IMG/VR virus record: IMGVR_UViG_3300007511_000030
Coordinates: 1 to 53,840 of that record
Source of the DNA: a virus
Lineage: Duplodnaviria; Caudoviricetes
Length of the DNA: 53,840 nucleotides
Direction: 5' to 3' (one strand)
Shown here: positions 30,064 through 38,397 of the stretch, piece after piece
Numbering within the stretch: position 1 is the stretch's first letter
How the letters are laid out: every line of letters begins with the position of its first letter
Position numbers and translations under genes: made by a program
Notes under the pieces: generated by a model
Told to the model about the DNA's origin: nothing
The model's input: the letters and a program-made list of their open reading frames with translations, nothing else
The model's database searches: none

Positions 30064-30255
30064 TTGCTCCCTCAAAAAGCCGTTGAACATCTGCTTATCC
30101 GCTAGTGTTTGATCATTTCCGGCGTCCGCTAGGGAGCCGGAAATCATTGCTCTGGTGTCCTGCGCTCCTGAACGGCTTTTTGATTTTGCCTGACTCATTG
30201 CCACGAGTCAACCTTTGGGTGTACTTGGGGTGCTTGTTGGGTATAATTTGCGTCC

Positions 30256-30558
30256 ATGCCAAAGAAAATCCGCATCTCAGATGCAGATATGAGCTGGCTG
30301 CGAAACAACCACAACAACCACACCTACCCTGAACTGGCCAAACGCATCGGCGTTTGCACTGATACCCTAAAACGAATATTGGTCCGAGAAGGACTGCAAG
30401 ATTTCGCAGGCGCCAAGTATCAGTCAAGCAGATCGAAGAAGTCCGTCAACCACTGGCGACGCCCCTGCCTTCGCTGCAAGAACACCAACCCCCGGCCAAG
30501 GATGCAGTTCCTCTGCGACCCCTGCAAAGCCCGTGGAGATTACGATCCATGGGTGTGA
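30256..30558 (+). CDS. HTH plus Zn-ribbon putative transcription regulator
   Basis: TYPELAKRIGVCTDTLKR HTH and CxxC...CxxC; TATAAT at 30242-30247 just upstream. Confidence 0.7.
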   Translation: MPKKIRISDADMSWLRNNHNNHTYPELAKRIGVCTDTLKRILVREGLQDFAGAKYQSSRSKKSVNHWRRPCLRCKNTNPRPRMQFLCDPCKARGDYDPWV

Positions 30559-31097
30559 GCGGAAGAGGCGCCAAAGCCAAGGGCGATAAGTTCGAGCGCG
30601 AACTGGCCGCCTACATCAACGAGGCAGTCGGCACCGACGCCAAGCGCGCACCCCTCTCTGGCGGCGGGTCTGTCTTTGCCTCCGGCGGCGCGGACCTCCT
30701 TGGCGTACCAGATCTATTTATCGAGGCCAAACGGGTCGAGCGCCTCAACTTCCTAGACGCCATGCGCCAAGCTGAGCGTAATAAACTGGCCACCAACTGC
30801 CCCGACATAGCGATTGTCGTTAATCGACGTAATCGCCAAACCACTGGCGAGTCATTGTGCGTGCTCAGATTGGACGACCTGCTCCTGCTATACCGCTACT
30901 ATCTTTCCAGGGACGCAACAACACAACAGGAGAACTTAGATGCGGTCACTGAAACTGGCAGACACGGGCGACAAAGTAGTGGGTCGAATTTTGAACCAAA
31001 AAGAACAGGCCGCTGGGTCAGCGATGTCAGTGATCGAGGAACTGAGGGAACAGGTAAAGAAGGGGGAGGTGGTGGGACTGGCGGTGGTGGCAATTAA
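30549..31097 (+). CDS. Holliday junction resolvase (Hjc-type PD-(D/E)XK)
   Basis: KAKGDKFERELA, GADL and IEAKR motifs. Confidence 0.8.
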   Translation: MGVSGRGAKAKGDKFERELAAYINEAVGTDAKRAPLSGGGSVFASGGADLLGVPDLFIEAKRVERLNFLDAMRQAERNKLATNCPDIAIVVNRRNRQTTGESLCVLRLDDLLLLYRYYLSRDATTQQENLDAVTETGRHGRQSSGSNFEPKRTGRWVSDVSDRGTEGTGKEGGGGGTGGGGN

Positions 31098-31215
31098 CTC
31101 AGACGGAACAACCAGCTCGTGCTGGTCGTCAGCCTGCGCTGAGGAGAGCTACAAGACCATCGCTGCGTTCGACTTCTTAAAGATGCGATTCATGGAAACC
31201 ATGTTCGAGTTTTGA
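30940..31215 (+). CDS. Hypothetical protein
   Basis: CAGGAG RBS; G...GLAVVAI pattern; abuts the next gene. Confidence 0.65.
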   Translation: MRSLKLADTGDKVVGRILNQKEQAAGSAMSVIEELREQVKKGEVVGLAVVAINSDGTTSSCWSSACAEESYKTIAAFDFLKMRFMETMFEF

Positions 31216-31569
31216 ATGCCCGACTGCGAAATACAACACGAACTCGTCTGCGTGGAATGGATCGACGCAGAACAAGTCAGCGGTTGGCATGACTTCGACT
31301 CAGACGAACCAGTATGGATCATGAACACCTATGGAATTCTCATTGGAAAGACTGAGGACTGGATTATCCTGGCCGACACCCACCTCCCGCCAGACACTTG
31401 GGGCGGGATTAACAAGATCCCAGTTGGCACGGTTGAACGAGTTACGAAGATTCGAAGCAATGTCAGATGTGGCTGCCACAAGACGGTGGCACGCAATCAA
31501 AACACTGGCTCATCAGATGAGTCACCCCCCAATTTTTCCTTAGATATCCAACCCTCAGACGGGGAATAA
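31216..31569 (+). CDS. Conserved phage hypothetical protein
   Basis: VEWIDA...TYGIL...IPVG pattern common in phages. Confidence 0.7.
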   Translation: MPDCEIQHELVCVEWIDAEQVSGWHDFDSDEPVWIMNTYGILIGKTEDWIILADTHLPPDTWGGINKIPVGTVERVTKIRSNVRCGCHKTVARNQNTGSSDESPPNFSLDIQPSDGE

Positions 31570-31573
31570 CACC

Positions 31574-31702
31574 ATGCCAGTCAAGAAAACCAACGGCGGA
31601 TACAAGTGGGGAAGCAAGGGCAAGACGTACCCATCTAAGGCGCAGGCACAGAAACAGGCCCGAGCAGCATACGCCAGCGGGTACAAGAAAAAGAAGAAGT
31701 GA
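31574..31702 (+). CDS. 42-aa basic protein (not in the ORF track)
   Basis: MPVKKTNGGYKWGSKGKTYPSKAQAQKQARAAYASGYKKKKK*, preceded by GGGGA. Confidence 0.75.
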   Translation: MPVKKTNGGYKWGSKGKTYPSKAQAQKQARAAYASGYKKKKK

Positions 31703-31731
31703 GTCTTCGCCCCCCTGGCGGGGGCTCAGAC

Positions 31732-31763
31732 GGGACGAAAAACTTTACATAAGGAGTAAGAAT
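31732..31763 (+). promoter_or_regulatory. Putative late promoter, copy 4
   Basis: GGGACGA at 31732-31738, 19 nt, AAGAAT at 31758-31763; ATG at 31770. Confidence 0.75.
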
Positions 31764-31769
31764 AGAAAC

Positions 31770-32270
31770 ATGGCTGGATACGGAAACAAACCAGACGACG
31801 GACGCACCCCTCCGGGCACACTTGGTATCGGGTGGGGCGAAGCGTTGCAAGAACTCTATGGCGGGGGCAAGGAAATGCTCCAAACCATTGGCAAAAAAGT
31901 TCAGTCTATATACCAAGTAGATCAGGGAGGGGTGAATCTCGCATCTGAAATTAAACTTCCAGTTATGAGGAGGGTTAAAGAGGGGTGGAGTAAAACCGTC
32001 TTTGGCGGTGGCGCACCACTCGAAGACGAGCGCAATCTCCGTCAAGCCATGATGCAGTATGCCCCAGGGAGGCACGGAAGTTTCCCGATCCCGGCGAATG
32101 AAAGATACCCCCACTCTTTTCGACCGCCTGTGATGCCCTTCGAATATCCGACTAGCACAACTGCTCCACTCGAAGACGAGCGCAATATCCGTGACGACAT
32201 TGCTCATTTCGCCACTGGCCGACATGGAAGTTTCCCCACCGGCCTTCCTTGGAGCACAAAGAAATATTAG
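31770..32270 (+). CDS. Hypothetical protein with an internal 25-aa duplication
   Basis: APLEDERN...GRHGSFP occurs twice; followed by hairpin ATTAGGGG/CCCCTAAT. Confidence 0.7.
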   Translation: MAGYGNKPDDGRTPPGTLGIGWGEALQELYGGGKEMLQTIGKKVQSIYQVDQGGVNLASEIKLPVMRRVKEGWSKTVFGGGAPLEDERNLRQAMMQYAPGRHGSFPIPANERYPHSFRPPVMPFEYPTSTTAPLEDERNIRDDIAHFATGRHGSFPTGLPWSTKKY

Positions 32271-32300
32271 GGGCTATTACCCCCTAATTGGGAGACTCAG

Positions 32301-32576
32301 ATGAGAGATCCCTATTTTCCATACGACACCTTACCCGGTGTCATCTCAGACAAAGTGGAGACTTATATCAAGATGTCCCGAGCGCGGCAGAAACCACAAC
32401 AAATGTCTTCAACTGAACTACAACAAAAACTCTCAAGCGCGAAAACCAAATCAGACGCGATTGATGCCTTTGCTATTTGGGCCTCCCAACACGGAGCCTT
32501 CTCAGACATTGACCGCAAACTTTGGGACAAACTCGAGAGTTGGCGGTGCTCCCGCACAAAACAGTCGGCGAGTTAG
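32301..32576 (+). CDS. Hypothetical protein
   Basis: GGGAG RBS before ATG. Confidence 0.55.
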   Translation: MRDPYFPYDTLPGVISDKVETYIKMSRARQKPQQMSSTELQQKLSSAKTKSDAIDAFAIWASQHGAFSDIDRKLWDKLESWRCSRTKQSAS

Positions 32577-32959
32577 GCGAACTCCGCTTCTGCGCCAACG
32601 CCCTCGAGCGAGGAATTGTCGTTAATTTTCCATTCGGCGATAACTGCACTTACGATTGCGTCACCGAACACGACGGGTTCCTCAGACGCGTCCAGATCAA
32701 GTCCAGTTCCACGATTGATAACAGTCGTAGGAAGTACGGCGAATACTACGGGTTCCAGATCTCCCACGGGAAGAAGGTTCCGTATGCACTAGACGACTTC
32801 GACTGCCTGGTCGCGTACATCATCCCCCGAGACATCGTATTCATCTTCCCGTCTGAACCTCTATTGTCAGACGTGAAATCAAAATTAACAGTCAACTTAC
32901 ACGAGGACAGCAAATGGGCGCAGTACAGGGACGCGTGGCAGTATCTGATGCGGGAATAG
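32522..32959 (+). CDS. PD-(D/E)XK endonuclease (group I intron-associated / PDDEXK_5-like)
   Basis: GELGE...PFGDNCTYD...RVQIKS...Y..DDFD. Confidence 0.8.
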   Translation: MGQTRELAVLPHKTVGELGELRFCANALERGIVVNFPFGDNCTYDCVTEHDGFLRRVQIKSSSTIDNSRRKYGEYYGFQISHGKKVPYALDDFDCLVAYIIPRDIVFIFPSEPLLSDVKSKLTVNLHEDSKWAQYRDAWQYLMRE

Positions 32960-33243
32960 GTTGCGATTGTCAGGGCGCTTGTTGCAAGCGCATCAACCTA
33001 GAGACGCGCGAGGTCGAGCAATGCTCGCACCTCACGGAAGAGAACTTATGTGATATCTACGAAGAGCGACCGATCGCTTGTCGGATCGCCGAATACAACT
33101 CGCCTGTGATGACTGCCCTGCATTGCCGACTGTGCAGGGCATCCATCGCAACTGGCACACCAGTGCCAGAATTATTGGAGAGACTTCAGTCTTGTACGAT
33201 AGATAAGGTTACACCCTCGGGATCGCAGTCAACGGGAACATAA
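32914..33243 (+). CDS. YkgJ/CxxCxxCC-type Fe-S or Zn cluster protein
   Basis: CDCQGACC...CSHL...LCDIYEERPIACR; exact start uncertain. Confidence 0.75.
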   Translation: MGAVQGRVAVSDAGIGCDCQGACCKRINLETREVEQCSHLTEENLCDIYEERPIACRIAEYNSPVMTALHCRLCRASIATGTPVPELLERLQSCTIDKVTPSGSQSTGT

Positions 33244-33464
33244 TTTCCGCAAAATCTGCTGTTCCGGCATGGCTGTGATCTCTCCCCAACAATAGCCTGC
33301 CGTGTATCAATCATTGCGTCCATTAGATCTTCGATCGCATCGCCGACTTGTGTGCTCATACGGTCACGCGCTTCAGCCAACTGGCCGATTGTTGTTTCCA
33401 ACACTTCGATTGCGCTGACCATATCTGCTTCTTTCTTCTCGGCTTGTGTCATTGTCTGTGCCAT
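33186..33464 (-). CDS. Hypothetical protein
   Basis: AAGGA RBS, helical acidic ORF. Confidence 0.55.
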   Translation of the reverse strand: MAQTMTQAEKKEADMVSAIEVLETTIGQLAEARDRMSTQVGDAIEDLMDAMIDTRQAIVGERSQPCRNSRFCGNYVPVDCDPEGVTLSIVQD

Positions 33465-33669
33465 ATTGTTTTCCTTCTTCTTAGATCCTCTTTGTGTCTC
33501 TCCTTATAGATCAACACATTAAGCATCGGCTCACTTGTGACCAAAGTCAAAAATTTAAGCATAAGCCTTCGCACCAAGATAACGCCCGAAGGTGTAAAAA
33601 CGATTATGAAAAGAAGGAGTTGCGCACCAAACTTGCACCCAATTAACAACCAAAGGTGTCCCTTAGAAT

Positions 33670-33710
33670 CCTTAGCAGGGGAGCGCCTTCAGCCGCTCGG
33701 CCACCTCTCC
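33670..33710 (-). mobile_element. attP core: 5' fragment of tRNA-Ser(GCT)
   Basis: Minus strand GGAGAGGTGGCCGAGCGGCTGAAGGCGCTCCCCTGCTAAGG matches the 5' acceptor strand, D-arm and anticodon loop of proteobacterial tRNA-Ser(GCT). It lies 50 nt from the integrase stop. Confidence 0.85.
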
Positions 33711-33721
33711 GTTCTTTTTCT

Positions 33722-33734
33722 AATCAATTACTTA
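33722..33734 (+). promoter_or_regulatory. IHF binding site in attP
   Basis: AATCAA-TTAC-TTA is a perfect match to WATCAANNNNTTR. Confidence 0.7.
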
Positions 33735-33760
33735 AATTGATTTTAGTCGCCCGTACAAAA

Positions 33761-34834
33761 TTACCTTACAACTTTTATGTGACCACAACTTTCGGGTGCA
33801 TCTAGTAGTACGTCATCGAATGTCACCCACTTCAATCCATTGATCGCACTCGTTAAATTCTTTGGCGCCAGATGTGAATACCGCATCACCATCGCTAAAG
33901 TCTTGTGACCAAGCAGGTCGGCAACCTTCCTAATCCCCGTGTCGTTAATCACTAGATGTGAGGCGAAGGTATGTCGACAATCGTTTGGCACAAAGTCTTC
34001 GATCCCGCACTCATCCATCAGCGCAGAGAACCTGTCCTGAAACGTCTTGTCTGACCAACGCTCACCCCGCGCGTTCGGAAATACTAATCCATCTCGCGCT
34101 TTCTCATCAACAAACTTCATCACTTTCTCATGCACCGGAACCTGCCGACGCCTGAGCATCGAGCCCCGGCCCTTCCGAGTGCCGTACTCAAAAAACCACT
34201 GGCCGTCTTTCTCGAGAACCTTCCGATAATCCAGCCCCAACACCTCATTCAGACGGCCCCCCGTGTAAATCAGGGCAGTCAGCACTGGTCTGATGTCATC
34301 CTTGGCCGTTCTTAGCACCAGTTCGATCTCGAACAACTCCAGATATCGAACCCGCTGATCGTCGACCGTGGGCTTGCGCACCTTCGGAACCACCTTAATC
34401 ATCTCCAGTTCCCTGGCGTGATTGAACACACTGGACATCGCGCTCAGATCTCGTCTGATACTGCCGGGCTTGTTGCCGTTGTGTCTCTTCTTAACGTATG
34501 CAGCTACGTCAGTCGGCTTAATCTCCACCACTGGCGTATCTTTCCAGTAGTGCTTTTGTAGATTAACCATCCTTGCCTGAGTACCAGACACCCCTTCTGG
34601 CCGATCAAGGTAAGCATCAGCGCACTCAGAGAATGTCGTCTGATGCTCTGCTCCCTTGCCCGTGCTTAACAGAAGGCGACGCTCGATATCCAGACACTTG
34701 ATCCGCGCTTCTGCTATATCGCTTGGACGCAGACCAAGTTTCTTTCGATGGCGCACACCGTTGACATAGCCATCAGTACACAACCAACCGTCACGCTCTG
34801 TTACGCGAAGTCCGCTTCTTCTTGCCTTTGCCAT
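33761..34834 (-). CDS. int: Tyrosine integrase
   Basis: YTGGRLNE, PNDCRHTFAS, LLGH, MRY; AAGGAGG RBS before ATG 34834. Confidence 0.92.
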   Translation of the reverse strand: MAKARRSGLRVTERDGWLCTDGYVNGVRHRKKLGLRPSDIAEARIKCLDIERRLLLSTGKGAEHQTTFSECADAYLDRPEGVSGTQARMVNLQKHYWKDTPVVEIKPTDVAAYVKKRHNGNKPGSIRRDLSAMSSVFNHARELEMIKVVPKVRKPTVDDQRVRYLELFEIELVLRTAKDDIRPVLTALIYTGGRLNEVLGLDYRKVLEKDGQWFFEYGTRKGRGSMLRRRQVPVHEKVMKFVDEKARDGLVFPNARGERWSDKTFQDRFSALMDECGIEDFVPNDCRHTFASHLVINDTGIRKVADLLGHKTLAMVMRYSHLAPKNLTSAINGLKWVTFDDVLLDAPESCGHIKVVR

Positions 34835-35222
34835 TCGAGCCCTCCTTCGCCCAGTTTTTGGGAACCCCTCCCGAGATACCAACATACACATCGTCTGGCA
34901 TCTGCTCAAAGATCCGCGCTGCCTTCATTACAATCTGTGATCTCGACGTCACGCCGAACTTCTGAGCAATCGTTCTGACAAACACCTTCACTGTGTTTAT
35001 CGAAACGCCAAACCGTCCTGCTATCTCCGGGTTTGTTGCTCCCAACAAAAGCATCTGCAAACACTTGTGTTGCTTAGTCGTCAGCAGTCCAAGTGCTGTT
35101 GCCTCGTCAGAGTCAAGCACTGTTGCTCCCCCTGATTCTCCCGAGGCTAATGCCTCTACCATCCTCGTAAGTGTTTCAACTTTTACCTCAAGTATCGCAA
35201 GACGTTCTTCTTGCCTCGCCAT
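34791..35222 (-). CDS. LuxR/GerE-type HTH regulator
   Basis: LTTKQ...G.TNPEIAGRFGVSINTVKVFV..IAQKFGV.SR; GGGAGG RBS. Confidence 0.85.
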   Translation of the reverse strand: MARQEERLAILEVKVETLTRMVEALASGESGGATVLDSDEATALGLLTTKQHKCLQMLLLGATNPEIAGRFGVSINTVKVFVRTIAQKFGVTSRSQIVMKAARIFEQMPDDVYVGISGGVPKNWAKEGSNGKGKKKRTSRNRA

Positions 35223-35390
35223 AATTCGCCTCCCTTATTTCTTCTTTCACGGAATCTGCGAAGCCCGCCCGCTTCGCGCTATCACAACAGGCGATTCATT
35301 CATTTGCTACCTCCTTAGTCATTGATTGACTGTCTGAAATATCCCATAACACACCCGACTCCGCAACTCATTAGCCCTGACACGGGGCTT

Positions 35391-36038
35391 TTAAGGGGTT
35401 TTCCCGGTACTAAACAGTTGATCGAGGTCGTCCCAATCAAGGCTCATAACAGTCTCAACCACTGGCTTTGGCTCAGGTTTCGCCCAGACCCCTTCTGTAA
35501 ACGGCTTAGGCCACCGCACCTCCATCACAACGGTGTCAAACTCATTCACCCCCTCTGCTTCGTTGTACCTTGCGTGGAGTTCTCCCCTGTCGTCTTCGTC
35601 TTCTCCATCCCAGTCGATATTCCCACTCAACTGATACCCCCAGGGCTGAAAGAACTGCTCATTCAGGTAAAAGAGCCACTCTATGAAGGCGTAGTTCTTG
35701 CCATCAACTGCATAGAGCTCGTTTGAATCCCCCAGAATTTCATAATGGCACCACAACTCGGGACACCCTCCGGGGGAATGGTTGTAATTGGTGATGCTGT
35801 GATGATGATGTCCGTCTCTGCCTTCTTCTACGTCTTCGACACCGCCCACATAGAACTCGCCATCAATTCCAATGGGCAAGCCAACTGCTTCCCGCAGCGG
35901 GTCAGGCAACTTGGCCACCTCATCTTCGTCTCTCTCCATCCGTCTGGTCGTCATGAACGCATGTAGATACGCCTTGTGTTCCTCCGTTAGTGACGGTTTT
36001 ATTTCAATCATGCCATTAAAATCGGTGTGGTATCCCAT
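35391..36038 (-). CDS. Conserved phage hypothetical protein
   Basis: AGGAGG RBS; MGYHTDFNG...P.LWC...W.GED. Confidence 0.75.
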   Translation of the reverse strand: MGYHTDFNGMIEIKPSLTEEHKAYLHAFMTTRRMERDEDEVAKLPDPLREAVGLPIGIDGEFYVGGVEDVEEGRDGHHHHSITNYNHSPGGCPELWCHYEILGDSNELYAVDGKNYAFIEWLFYLNEQFFQPWGYQLSGNIDWDGEDEDDRGELHARYNEAEGVNEFDTVVMEVRWPKPFTEGVWAKPEPKPVVETVMSLDWDDLDQLFSTGKTP

Positions 36039-36052
36039 CAGTTTGCCTCCTG

Positions 36053-36301
36053 TTAAATGCCCCTGTACGCAGCTTCATGCCATTCATGATGCACATCAAC
36101 ACCATATCTTTTGCACAACTTGTTCCACCTTGCGACTGCCATCTTGCGGTTCGCGCGAGCCTGCGACTTACTGGCTTCGCCATCCCACTGGATGCTTTCT
36201 TCTGCCAACGAACTTGCAGCGTCTTCGAACTCGTCACGCACTGATGACGGCAAGCCGTCAAACTTTGCTACTTGCGCCCGAAACTCCGTCTCGAAATCCA
36301 T
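36053..36301 (-). CDS. Hypothetical early protein
   Basis: AGGAGG RBS and TAATG coupling. Confidence 0.7.
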   Translation of the reverse strand: MDFETEFRAQVAKFDGLPSSVRDEFEDAASSLAEESIQWDGEASKSQARANRKMAVARWNKLCKRYGVDVHHEWHEAAYRGI

Positions 36302-36612
36302 TATGTTGCCTCCTTGACGTCCTCTTCCACATCAATAACCTCATACTCGTCCTCATGAGGATCGCGCTTGTGGACTTGGTAAGCCATGCACTCGCCCCAC
36401 ATACTCTCGTCATCGAGCGCGCTACATTCACCTGACTCAAGTTGATGTTGGAATCTTTCCACCGCTGACTCCTTGCTCGTACCCTCGATTTGAATAGTGG
36501 TAACAAGCGTGATCTTTCTTGCGATCACGAGGTTGTACAGTATCGGATCTGCCCCCTGATACGGGTCATTTGCAATCGCATCAGCCAGTGACTCTTCCCA
36601 ATCTTTACTCAT
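36301..36612 (-). CDS. Acidic hypothetical early protein
   Basis: GGGAG RBS; coupled to neighbours. Confidence 0.7.
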   Translation of the reverse strand: MSKDWEESLADAIANDPYQGADPILYNLVIARKITLVTTIQIEGTSKESAVERFQHQLESGECSALDDESMWGECMAYQVHKRDPHEDEYEVIDVEEDVKEAT

Positions 36613-36898
36613 CGTCGTTTCTCCCGTGCTTCCAAGAATTGTTTAGCCCCCACTGATGACGAAGGTCACTATCGAAAACATTATCACACGTCCATGTATC
36701 AGTATGGACACCATCAGCATTGAAATACTCAATACGGAGGGGAGCAGCCTCTTCATCAATATCATGTCCTAATTCATTGATAACTGCATTACGGCATTCA
36801 ACTTCATCACGGACATCAAACTGCACAATTCGATTGGCACCGAGTATGTTACGATACTGAGCAATGTAACTCTCTGCATATGCACGAATAATCGGCAT
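36605..36898 (-). CDS. Hypothetical protein in an AT-rich insert
   Basis: GGGAGG RBS; bounded by a 30-bp direct repeat. Confidence 0.7.
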   Translation of the reverse strand: MPIIRAYAESYIAQYRNILGANRIVQFDVRDEVECRNAVINELGHDIDEEAAPLRIEYFNADGVHTDTWTCDNVFDSDLRHQWGLNNSWKHGRNDDE

Positions 36899-36936
36899 TA
36901 CTTCACCTCCCGTGCTTCCAAGAATTGTTTAGCCCC
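36621..36936. repeat. Exact 30-bp direct repeat (36621-36650 and 36907-36936)
   Basis: CTCCCGTGCTTCCAAGAATTGTTTAGCCCC occurs twice, 286 bp apart. Confidence 0.95.
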
Positions 36937-37101
36937 ACCGTGCGAAAATGAATTGCCATCAATCACCACTACACGCTTCGGCGAATACGTAGAGCCAAGC
37001 GGGTGGTGCTTCCGATATCCCCCGCGTGGGTTACTAATTGCGCGAGCCGACAGTCCCAAATATTTCGCACGAATGACAAGCGCATCGACTTTCTTACTCA
37101 T
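36898..37101 (-). CDS. Hypothetical early protein
   Basis: GGAGGG RBS; coupled. Confidence 0.65.
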   Translation of the reverse strand: MSKKVDALVIRAKYLGLSARAISNPRGGYRKHHPLGSTYSPKRVVVIDGNSFSHGGAKQFLEAREVK

Positions 37102-37450
37102 CTCTACCCTCCGTTTCGCACTCGGAAAATATTTTGTGTACCCCCTTTGTTTTGCATACAGCGTCGTGGTAACACGGGTAAACCTGCTGAATCAGTTTCC
37201 CATTAAAACGAAACTCAATCTCCGGGCACATGGTCAACATGTAATCAAGGATGCGTTCGTACCCTTCGTAGGCGTTGTCGTCTGGGTTCGTATAGTGTTC
37301 GCCATTCTTGGCTTCCTCTATATATTTTTCATCGCCCATCACGGTTTCAATCGCATTGAACAAGTTGTACACATTCCCGTCTGGCCCTTCGAGATCAATC
37401 ATGTAGTCAGGCCCGCTCTCATCACCGTATCGCTTATGTTTTTTCCACAT
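37094..37450 (-). CDS. Hypothetical early protein
   Basis: GGAGG RBS; IDLEGPDGNVYNL pattern seen in phage proteins. Confidence 0.7.
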   Translation of the reverse strand: MWKKHKRYGDESGPDYMIDLEGPDGNVYNLFNAIETVMGDEKYIEEAKNGEHYTNPDDNAYEGYERILDYMLTMCPEIEFRFNGKLIQQVYPCYHDAVCKTKGVHKIFSECETEGRDE

Positions 37451-37464
37451 CTTCGTCCTCCTGT

Positions 37465-37878
37465 TTAGTTGCCAAACCGCTTTACATGATTAAGAACTTC
37501 CGCAACGCCATCTGCATACCCCTGTCGATAAGCGGGGTTGTCACCGATCTGCTCAGGTAAATACCCCTTGAGCCACTTGTCATCCAACTTACGGATCAGT
37601 TCATCAATGGCAGTTAGATCGTCGTTACGCACGTCCTCTACGATGTGCCCCAACACTCGCGAAAGTAACTTCTCCCTTTCCATGTCTTTTGTCATCGTCA
37701 GTTCATACTCAAGAACATCGCCTTCACAAAAGTTGCTCCACCCTTCCTTCCAATCGGACGCTTCATAAGGAACCCACTCCGGGCCACGGTCGCTGTTGAT
37801 GTGGTCAACGACGCGGTCGAGTGTCCAATAGTGAACGTCGCCATCAAGGTGAACTTCGTAGATTGTTTTCTTACTCAT
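37465..37878 (-). CDS. Hypothetical early protein
   Basis: GGAGGAGG RBS. Confidence 0.7.
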   Translation of the reverse strand: MSKKTIYEVHLDGDVHYWTLDRVVDHINSDRGPEWVPYEASDWKEGWSNFCEGDVLEYELTMTKDMEREKLLSRVLGHIVEDVRNDDLTAIDELIRKLDDKWLKGYLPEQIGDNPAYRQGYADGVAEVLNHVKRFGN

Positions 37879-38143
37879 CGTCATCCTCCTCCTTCATTGG
37901 CCGATACGCCACGATGAGAAAATCCGCACCGTGAATGAAAGCGTCTCGATTAACGTGATCGCAAAACTCATCGCTGATATCCAACATTTCCTCCGCAACA
38001 TTCTGGCCACGGTAATCAAACTTGCAGCCCACAAACGTCGGCTCATCGAGCGTGATCCAGTCGTTCTTTGCGATCTCCTTGACCTGCGCTTTCGCCAGCG
38101 TCAGTCCCTTGTAGTCAGTTTTTACTTGCTCTTTCGTTCTCAT
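37871..38143 (-). CDS. Hypothetical early protein
   Basis: AGGAGG RBS before ATG 38143. Confidence 0.7.
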   Translation of the reverse strand: MRTKEQVKTDYKGLTLAKAQVKEIAKNDWITLDEPTFVGCKFDYRGQNVAEEMLDISDEFCDHVNRDAFIHGADFLIVAYRPMKEEDDDE

Positions 38144-38145
38144 AA

Positions 38146-38397
38146 TTAGCCTCCTATAAAAGCATTGACGTAGTACCACCAAGATCCAATAACGGACTCG
38201 AGCCCAAGCAACAACAACAGCACGAACAAAACAGAATCAGTGAAGTTCAGACGGAGACTGTGCAACTCCTGATAACAGCGCCCGTCATCACTAAGTTCTT
38301 CGAGTTCAGACAACGCCTCGCGCATCTCGTCTGGCAAGTCCTTGTCGTCTGGGTAGACCCGCTTAACAACAGAAATGTGGAAGCGCCAACGCCTCAT
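38146..38397 (-). CDS. Small membrane protein
   Basis: C-terminal TM helix; ATGA coupling. Confidence 0.6.
   Translation of the reverse strand: MRRWRFHISVVKRVYPDDKDLPDEMREALSELEELSDDGRCYQELHSLRLNFTDSVLFVLLLLLGLESVIGSWWYYVNAFIGG

Noticed and set aside
30940-31097. Functional Gly-rich C-terminal tail on the resolvase
   Set aside because: It is explained as an off-frame reading of the overlapping gene starting at 30940.
33620-33710. Complete phage tRNA-Ser gene
   Set aside because: Similarity stops after the anticodon loop; there is no variable arm, T-arm or 3' acceptor strand.
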